Shown piece after piece: positions 11,655 to 20,000 of a stretch of DNA of 20,000 nt. The position numbers were made by a program, and so were the translations under genes. The notes beneath the pieces were generated by a model. The model searched no databases. It was not told where the DNA came from and was given only the letters and a program-made list of their open reading frames with translations. The stretch's first letter is position 1. Every line of letters begins with the position of its first letter. Source of the DNA: Rotaria socialis (taxonomy: Eukaryota); the NCBI GenBank assembly GCA_905331295.1, contig CAJNYD010000035.1, positions 419,667 to 439,666 on the forward strand. Reading direction: 5' to 3'.

Positions 11655-13250
11655 ACAATATTGATAGCTATATCATAAATACTGTTTAAACTATATTATC
11701 ATTCACAATATTTCTCAATGAAACCACTAAACACTTCAGCATACTGACATATTTTAAACAAAACGTTTTTCATACGGTTCTCTCTAGTAATATTTCCTAT
11801 TGATAGATTCAATAAACTTCAAATGTTAAAAAGGTTTTATTATCTTATTTTGGAACAAAATATGATCTCACTATTCTGAAAAAATAAAACTTCTATTTGA
11901 TCAGCATCTAACTGATCGAACTGTGAGTTCCACATTTTAGCCCCAACGGGGCTGCGCTGACAAGTTTTTTTAACAAAAAATGTTTTTTATTAAAAGAATA
12001 CGTATTCAAATGAACATTTCATATGAATAAATATAACTTCGTTCGAAATATGATATGTCACTGAAGTACTAGATTTCATTGATAGGATATTTGCGAGTCA
12101 AATGACATATGTTTGAAAATAGGTCAAAGATAGTTAGAATACAATGAGTAAAAGCAGATATAGACGCCATGTATTATATATGCTCTATTAGTTTTGATTC
12201 AAAAAGCGATTTGATAATGAGTTTCACAAGAAATAATCGTTCTTTAACAAACTAAAACTCTATCTAATGGATTCAACTTCGTTTTGCTCAAAATGATTAA
12301 AATACAATTCCCATGAAAACTTCTAGGAATTATATGTAGAAAATGAACGTATCAAAACTTGAACATTTCAGTTTAATTGATTGGCATCTTCGAAATATAT
12401 GATATAACAATTATTTTGCAAAAGTTTTAACTAAAAACTAACTGTTTTTGTATTGCTCTATTGTTAATTATCGTAATGTTGTGTATCTTTTTTTCAAAGT
12501 TCTGATAAGATACAGTTCAAACTCAATTAAACATTTGAATATTTAAAATCAGAAAAAAAAAATTAGCTGATTGATATATCTTTCGAAAGTTTTCATTGGA
12601 AAAATATCAGCTGAATCCATTTGTTTACGCTAATGTTTTCGGTAGAAACCGATAACCTAGGTATGCTTCAAGGCATGCTACAACTGAAATCAAGACGACA
12701 AATTTTAAAAAGCAGTGTATTTTGCAATACTTCTCGAATCTAAGAATTATTTGAAATAGTTGTCGTTACTGCACATAAATACAAGTTCCTACTAAGTCGA
12801 TGAATAACAGCTGATTTCGTAGAAACAAAAACGTACAAGCAAAGTTTTCTCGAGCTGTTTTTTAGTAAATTAAGTAAGATTATGTATGAATTCATATTCG
12901 AAATACTATTTAGCATGTGATTGTTCAACTATAATTGCCAAAATTTGCTGACACATTATAAAATTTGATAAATAATATGTTCAAATCTATCTTGTGACGA
13001 CATAGAAATTTGTGCTATTTTCTATTGTATCTATTCTCGTCTGGAGATATATTATCATAGCTTTGCCATTTCGAGTCTTATTCACAGTTCGAAGATGGCT
13101 TTCTGGCAATAGAATATTGCTGAGCAATTCCATCGTCCCTACAAACCACTCATTTGCAAAACGATGTTTAATATTGTTATACACAAATTAAAATTCAATC
13201 TATATTGTATAGCCATGAATCTTATCCTTGTATCTCAATATCTAATAATG

Positions 13251-13355
13251 AATAATTAGCTACAACCCCCCCCCCATAATAGAAGCCTCCGGGGGCGTCT
13301 AATCTGTGTGTGTGTGTGGGGGGGGGGGGGGGGNNNNNNNNNNTAGCTAATTATT
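13251..13355. mobile_element. Small foldback/MITE-like element with poly-C/poly-G arms (contains a 10-N gap at 13334-13343)
   Basis: AATAATTAGCTA (13251-13262) and TAGCTAATTATT (13344-13355) form a perfect inverted pair. C10 (13266-13275) faces G16 (13318-13333). Inside are a near-palindrome TAGAAGCCTCC|GGGGGCGTCTA (13280-13301) and a (TG)n tract. Confidence 0.55.
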
Positions 13356-15991
13356 TGCTAACTGATTTCATATGGCATAAGATTGTAACAAGAGTTTTCT
13401 CATAAACTTTGAATTTCATTTTGTCTGGAACCGATGTATTCACAACGTCGAATTTTCTTGATAAAATTGATATGTGGCATAGATTTTCATACATGGTTTT
13501 AATATTCCATTGTTCAATAAATCAATGAAAAAAGAATCATTTTTGTTGATTAATCTATCAATTCAAATATTGAAAACTTTCCATTTAATTATTACGTTGA
13601 ATGAAATCATTTTGGTTAGTTTCATCACTAATCTTATGCATGTTTCAAATATAAAATGCTTTAAATTCTCTATTTTAACATCTATCTAGGTTAATATTTA
13701 CTAGTAGAATAGGTGTACATTTACTTTTTTGCAATGCTATATTAAATAAATACTTATAAAACACGATCTAAATTTTCGTCTATAGGTAATACAATTGCAA
13801 CAGACGTATCTCTCTTGGTCTTATTTTAATATGAATAGCAACATTTCATCAATGATTCACTACTGAAAATTGCCAAGTTGAAGAATATTTTCATCTATTT
13901 AATAATCCTGTCAATGATGCATTCGATTCGATATCGCATAAATAAGTAAATATTAATTTATTTAACAAGATTAATGCAAAACATCCTCTTCTCTTGTTTT
14001 TCTCTTTTATTACAATATTTTACACATTTTTTTTATCATCACCATGATACTATAAACAGTAATGAGTATAACAAGAGCTAGCCAATACAAACATAAATAT
14101 TTTCCATCATCATACTGTCGACTATTTCTAGGCAAAAAAGAAGAAATCTAAATACTATTAAATTTTAATTTATTTATAAAGAAAACAAAACATAATTTAT
14201 GCAGATTCTTCTCTTTTTTTTCAAGACCTAATCAACAAAATATACCAAGTTCTACCATAATAGAATAATTAAGATGGCAACACAGCTAGTTGTCAACGTT
14301 GCGATGCTTTATTTTTATCTATTCTTATTAATTCAAAGAGAGAAAGAAAAAATAACGCTGAGCGACGTTTTCCGACGGTATTTCTGACGTTTAATCATCG
14401 GCTATTCTTCTCACCTAGACTTTTAAAAACCCTTATTAGACTATCTTTTGTTTGTCAGTTGAATCAAAAAATAATTCTACAAGAATGAACAATACTTTCG
14501 CTTACTACAAGACTGATCTACTTCAAACATCGAATGGTATAAACTATTTTTTAAATGGCGATTGTTGTTGTTACTACTGCGAGTATTCATAACATTTATA
14601 ATAAAATACATCTGTCGTAGAACATTTTTTAATGTAGTTTTTCTTTTACATTGTAGACAAATTTTTCTCAGAGAATATTATGCAAAGATGATCAATGAAG
14701 ACATTTATATACAAAGATTGAACGAATCATATAAAAAATCTCAAACAAAATAAAATGACGATTGATGAAGTTGACAGAAAAAAAGCAAAAACAACTGAAA
14801 CAGATGAAAACATGGCTACTGTCATATAGATCATCGAAGATGTCTGTGTTGCTAATAAAAGATCTTATTTCAAAGAAATCAAAACAAAAAATGATTTTGT
14901 TTTATAAACTATACTTCTTCTGAGAAGAGAGCTGTTATTTATGATTCAAATTACACCCCATAATAGATATAAAGAAGCAGAATCAATAATAAAAAAAAAC
15001 ACTTTTTTTTAAATCTTGAATTAATAATTTAACATTTGCCTCAGAAATAGAAGTTTTTAACATCAACAAGTGTTAATTTAGTAACAAGATTTAATGTCAA
15101 AATATTTAGTTTAAGCATTTTGTTAAATAGTGAAAATTCATAAAAACAAAGAAAAGCTATCGTAAGATTTATCTAGAGATTATTAAAGCAATTTAAAAAA
15201 CACTTACATGTGTCTCATATCATATGATTTTATCCCTCGTCAAGAAAACAAAACATGACTAAAACATACTTTCATTATTCAATATTAATAGTAACTAAAA
15301 ATTCATAAAATCTTGAAGGTGATTGTGGGTGTAGATGATGCTGAGGCTGCTGCTAGGATGTGACTATCACGTCTTGGATTTGAAAGGTAGTTTTCCGGTC
15401 AGGTTTAAGTTCTGGGTGTTATCAGGAGTGCGTGATATCTCTAGTCGTGTCATTGATTCTGGATGCGGATTGCTTTCTGGCTTATGAATCTTTTATATCT
15501 TTACGTATAGTCATGTGGATACCCTTACTGGGAGCTTTCTGGGCACTACGATAGAAACTATAATATCAAAGTTCATAGTGTAAATTATTCGAATTGATTT
15601 CCGAATTAGCAATGCTAAACTCTGAGAGATATTACAACATTTTGTCCTGCGACCATTTGCCCTATCGCCATCTTTTTTTATATTTTATATCATTAAAGAC
15701 TTTCATACAGTGTACATATATATCCTAAGAGCGCACAAAAAAACAATTGCAGAGCTATAATTATTCATTAGTATAAATTCAAAATATTTTTAATCTGTTT
15801 GCTTTACTTTTCGTCCTTAAAAACAATCATTTACTTAGTTAAAATATGATGAATATTATATGTACGATTAGAGAAGGGTCAGAATGTCTTACATTTAAAA
15901 CATAAGGAAAATAACAACACTAACTATTACTATGAATTGATACTAATTCTCCACAAATGAACATTGTCTATTGCATCAATCATATATAATA

Positions 15992-16173
15992 CCCAGGTCA
16001 ATGATTCCGGAGGACGGATACTGTAGGAACCGGCCGGAAAGATGCGGAAAAATCACCGTATCTGGCCGGAAAGCACGGGAAAGCACTGTAACTTCCAACT
16101 GGAATACTGCTTCCACTTTCCAGCGCTTTCCTGTGCTTTCCGGCCGTTTCCCGCCGTACGTCCACGACCTGGG
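15992..16173. mobile_element. GC-rich 182-bp MITE with CCCAGGTC/GACCTGGG terminal inverted repeats
   Basis: 8-bp terminal inverted repeats with ATA on both flanks (15989-15991, 16174-16176; candidate 3-bp target-site duplication). An internal inverted repeat at 16064-16088 / 16121-16145 matches at 23/25. GC content rises sharply against the AT-rich flanks. Confidence 0.8.
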
Positions 16174-17287
16174 ATAATGCAGATTTCATCAAAGAGCAAA
16201 ATTGATCTTTACGCTACCCGTACTCTTAAATTTCAAGAAAATATCAATAACAAAGATAGCCAAAAAGACTAAAAAAAATGTTATATATTTTCTTTTCAAC
16301 ATATTAATTCAATGATCTTATGATTTTAATTCTTTAATAATTGCAAAACATAAAATTTAATCAAATCAAATAAATCGACTAATTGGAATAAAGACATTTT
16401 GTTTGTAAAAATTATTGGGCTGTGTACGTTAATAAATAATTAATGAAAATTGCATTATGATCTAGAACATGAGAGAAATTAGCAAAATTTTATCTACTGT
16501 TGAAAATATACAGCAACAGAGATATGCAAAATATTTCTTCTGTAATTTCCTAATCCTATTTCAATCTACTTATAACCAAAAACATGATTTACACAGCTTT
16601 CTATTTTCTTCATTCAAGTAATGACATTTTTTCAACATTCTTCAATCTCTAAGAATCGAGGCCAAAAATGACTTATCAATGAAATGACAGAAAAGAAACA
16701 CATCAAAAAGATTTCAAAAAAAACTCTTTGATCTATTCGATATTCACGTTCCACTTTTTTCAACAGTATAAAAAAATAACTGAAATCTAATACAAGAGAT
16801 TGTTGAACACTCCATCACTCCGTCATATCCTCTCAGCCTACGTTCCCTGCTGTTTTACTAACGCTTCGGTGGAAACTGTTCTCTTTTCTCTGTTGTCATT
16901 ATCTTTAAACATCAGCGAACAATATCCGACTGACTGCCGTAAAGAAAAAGCTATCCTCGGATGATGAATGAGCAAAAAGGAAAAAGGAAAAAGATATTTT
17001 CACGGGAAAAATATCATCTCGAAGAGACTCCTTACAAAAACATCTCATTTTCCTACCTACTAGACATATTTACAGAAAGCATCGACGCACAACACAGTGC
17101 ATTTTTTTCTCTACAGCTACTTTCAACAAGCCAAGTCTACAAAAACAAATACAATGTAATACTCTGTCGATAATTTCATTCACACAGAACGATCTCACAC
17201 AATCAGCAGCAACGTCATCAATTTCTCCTTTGGACTAAATATTCTACTAAATCGAAGTCATCGCTCAAATTTTCGTAGCGATCATCA

Positions 17288-17776
17288 ATGGTTGCCTTGA
17301 AAACACTATTAATTGGAGGAGCTGCTTTCGCCGGCATCTCCACAATAACAATAGTATTAGGACTCATTCCCGTCTACACAAGAGGCAAGACTCCCGATGT
17401 CACCACCGCCGCCACAACACCAACAACAGCTGGTGGAACTACTATAACCACGAATGCAGCTGGTGGCACAACAACTACTACTGTTGGTGGAACTAGTACA
17501 ACAACGACTACCACTGCTGGAAGTACTTCAACAACGGCTGGAGCTAGTGGAACGACTGCAACTGGTGGAACTTCCACAACAAATACTGGAGCTGTTGGAA
17601 CTACTATAACAACGAGTGCAGTTGGTGGTACGACAATTAGTGGTACAGCAAGCACTACGACTGTGTCTACGGAAAGGATGACTAGCACTACTTCATTGAT
17701 CAGTACAGCTACAGGGAATTGTTCGAAAACCTTGTTCTTTTTAGTTAGATCGGCATTATGTTGCTTTTCAGCGTGA
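17288..17776 (+). CDS. Signal-anchored/secreted Thr-Gly-rich mucin-like protein of unknown family
   Basis: ATG preceded by an acceptor-like TTTTCGTAG (ending 17278). Hydrophobic N-terminus LLIGGAAFAGISTITIVLGLIPVY, then ~110 aa of degenerate T/G/A/S repeats with varied synonymous codons. The last ~19 codons look intronic (possible 51-nt GTTCGA...TTTCAG intron at 17721-17771). Confidence 0.7.
   Translation: MVALKTLLIGGAAFAGISTITIVLGLIPVYTRGKTPDVTTAATTPTTAGGTTITTNAAGGTTTTTVGGTSTTTTTTAGSTSTTAGASGTTATGGTSTTNTGAVGTTITTSAVGGTTISGTASTTTVSTERMTSTTSLISTATGNCSKTLFFLVRSALCCFSA
17429..17638 (+). repeat. Internal coding duplication (48 nt, 41/48 identical)
   Basis: 17429-17476 (AGGTTITTNAAGGTTT) versus 17591-17638 (AVGTTITTSAVGGTTI). 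Confidence 0.8.
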
Positions 17777-19619
17777 TCATTTATGGTGTTCGGAGGCTGC
17801 GAAGAGTGTGATACTTGAAACTTGAATTTAATTGGAATTGAAATTGGGAACTCGAACGTTTTATGCTCACACCGAAGTTTTGTGTGAGGTACGATTTTTC
17901 AGAATGCTTTTGGTTTAAAAGCTCAAAGTTGAAAATTTCTATTTCGACTGAATTGAAGTTTGAAATTGGATATATATCGAGTCTTCCAGAATTCAATGTG
18001 TGTTTTCTTCAAAATGTTTCGTATCGGTTTTATTCATTTTCGTAGTTGGTACTTAGATTAGTATGAAAGAAATTTCAGTTTTGGAATTAAAGGGCCTGTA
18101 AAGTGTCGGAATAGTTGCTGTTTTCCAGACCTTGCTTCAGAGTAAATATATGTCTTGGCTGGTTGTAAATCTGAGGAAGACTCTTGGTTCACAGGGAATA
18201 GTTATATGATTATGCCGATTAACTTCTGAAAGTTGCTGACAACTTATCGAACTTTGATTTGAACATTCTAAACATCACTGAGTTGGTATCGCTGACAAGA
18301 TTAAAGGGTGTTCATAATAATAATAATGTATCTGGATTGCATGAACATCGGCTGCGTAAGTGTAATGGAAAGCTATTATTCTAGAATGTGATTTGGTTTC
18401 AAAAGATAACCTTTTTATCTGCTGTGTGTGACGAAAGGGAAACGGAAAATGATCTTCTTGTGATTGGGCTAAAACTACGAAGTTGTTTATTTACGGAATC
18501 GAAAATATATCGGACAGCTGATGCTTCCATCCGATTTATAATGACGTAAAAACGCAACTCACAAATTGACAATTAACATCTTCTGCTTCATGTATAAGTA
18601 ATCTCAATGATCTATCATAGGGTAAAATGCAATACCAAACGCATAATAGTTATGTAATACACAAACAAAAACGTCAAGATATATCCAGAATCTGAAAATG
18701 ATGTGCGTTTTAATACACAAACGTAACCTTCAAAAGCTTAAGCGTCCAACATGAAAGCCTTTCGATTAAAGAAGCTTTACTAGATTCAACGGACATGATT
18801 AACAGTTTAAAAACCCCAATTGACATTTCTGAAACTTCGTCTCACTTGACAAGTTTCATCTTCGCAGCATGTTCATCACACTCCTCGTATCAAAAAGCAG
18901 TAGCTTTCTTCACTGTTACAATATTCTTCTTTATTTCGCCTTCGTATTATTATTACATTCTCAGCGGAAATAATCTCCCTTCTTCAAACATTAACACTCA
19001 CTTGAATAGAATAGGTACCACAACAAAAATGAAATCCTTGTATACGTGATAGAATGAAACCGAAGCAGGAAGCGAGAATACACTTATGCCACTCCAGATA
19101 TATCCTGCCAAAACATTCCTAGAACCAGCAATCACAGACGGTTACTTTCAATACCAACACAACTGCTCTACTAGTTGAGTCATATAACCTTACATAATTC
19201 CATTGATAATTCCGTCCAACAACATTCAATGCATGAATAACACCAAACACCAGCAATGATGAAAAAACATAACTATCGTAATTCCATGCATCTTCCAAAC
19301 TTTCAACACACCATTTCATTTCCCATGCCTTCTCACGCTACCAAGCGAACACTTACACAAGCAAGCCAATCGGTCACACAATGCCAGTTTTGCGAAATAC
19401 ATCCTTTCTCTCGTGAAGAATACAGAAACCAAAACACACTCCCCATATGACACATCCACACCGAAGCACCACGTCGAAAACAAATATACACAGAGAACAA
19501 ATTTTTTTCGTTTTTGCACTATATATATTCGTGACATCCATTTGTATACATTTTTTGTGATTTCTCTGGACGCTTACGGAAACAAAAGTCAACTCACAAG
19601 ACTACACAATAACAAATAG

Positions 19620-20000
19620 AGTGAAGATGACAAGGAAGAGAAAGGTGAAAACGCAAAAAACAGCAACAAAGCAGGAATCAAGGCAGTCGTAACGAAATCG
19701 GCCAGCCGTATTGTTTTTCCTCTGTTTATTCCTCCGACACCGTATAGCTTGACACCGGAGACACCGTGCCTGCGTAATGGATCGAACCTTCGCATGTCTG
19801 ATTAATAATAATCATATGCGTAGAACCCCTACTCCATCCACGGCTACAAAGAACAATTACAAAAACCATAATCATCACCTAATTTCTGAACACAATCAAA
19901 CAAGCCCTACAACAACTGAAACCAGTTCAGCCACAATCTCAACCACGATGATTGCGACAAACACAACCGTCACAACAACTATGCCTCCAAGCACCGCAAC
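19620..20000 (+). CDS. Partial Thr/Ser/Pro-rich mucin-like coding unit, tentative exons 19620..19688, 19748..19773, 19824..>20000
   Basis: The frame is open to the window end (QTSPTTTETSSATISTTMIATNTTVTTTMPPSTA). Two GTAA...TAG introns of 59 and 50 nt join phase-consistently to give SEDDKEEKGENAKNSNKAGIKAV-LDTGDTVPA-TPTPSTAT. No start codon was identified. Confidence 0.4.

Larger units (their letters stand above)
10707..11970 (+). mobile_element. Non-autonomous Helentron/Helitron2-type element (HINE, DINE-1-like architecture), interrupted by the assembly gap
   Basis: Perfect 13-bp subterminal inverted repeats TGTGGAACTCACA (10710-10722) and TGTGAGTTCCACA (11922-11934). A 5' stem-loop overlaps the left repeat (10716-10747). 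A GC-rich 3' hairpin AGCCCC-AAC-GGGGCT (11939-11953) is followed by CAAG and a T-run, and both ends are T-rich. Confidence 0.7.

Noticed and set aside
10994..11689. Two long poly-X ORFs
   Set aside because: Artefacts of the N gap.
11939..11971. Hairpin plus T-run resembling a bacterial intrinsic terminator
   Set aside because: Eukaryotic DNA, the T-run is 11 nt away from the stem, and the hairpin fits a Helentron 3' end next to a subterminal repeat.
12740..13184. Two short minus-strand ORFs as possible transposase remnants
   Set aside because: No identifiable catalytic motifs.
15971..16272. Three overlapping short ORFs
   Set aside because: They arise from the GC-rich palindromic MITE.
17374..17688. 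Val/Pro-rich minus-strand ORF (104 aa)
   Set aside because: Antisense shadow of the Thr/Gly repeats.
17715..17771. Non-canonical GG-AG 57-nt intron (ACAG|GGAATT)
   Set aside because: A canonical GT donor 6 nt downstream (17721) gives an in-frame 51-nt intron, so no unusual splicing is needed.
17781..19620. Numerous 60-85 aa ORFs on both strands
   Set aside because: Mutually overlapping, with no motifs; consistent with skewed composition reducing stop-codon frequency.

Overview
AT-rich animal genomic scaffold with short spliceosomal introns (mostly 50-76 nt). It resembles a bdelloid rotifer, but this is inference only. Left end: the 5' part of a minus-strand neurabin/spinophilin-like gene, which runs off the window. 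Head-to-head with it is a complete ~15-exon plus-strand class IIa histone deacetylase (HDAC4-like, ~750 aa) that keeps the catalytic Tyr (LEGGY) and stops before the usual C-terminal export signal. Middle (9-17 kb): gene-poor, with two assembly gaps and three distinct non-autonomous element candidates. These are a Helentron/DINE-1-like element spanning the 620-N gap (13-bp subterminal inverted repeats, 5' stem-loop, G4 motif, possible 40-bp repeat, 3' hairpin), a poly-C/poly-G foldback element, and a GC-rich CCCAG-ended MITE. Right end: a signal-anchored Thr/Gly-rich mucin-like ORF and a second, possibly micro-exon-containing Thr-rich unit, set in blocks of alternating GC skew. I saw no CRISPR array, rRNA, tRNA or prokaryotic system, and nothing here can be called a demonstrated new system from sequence alone.
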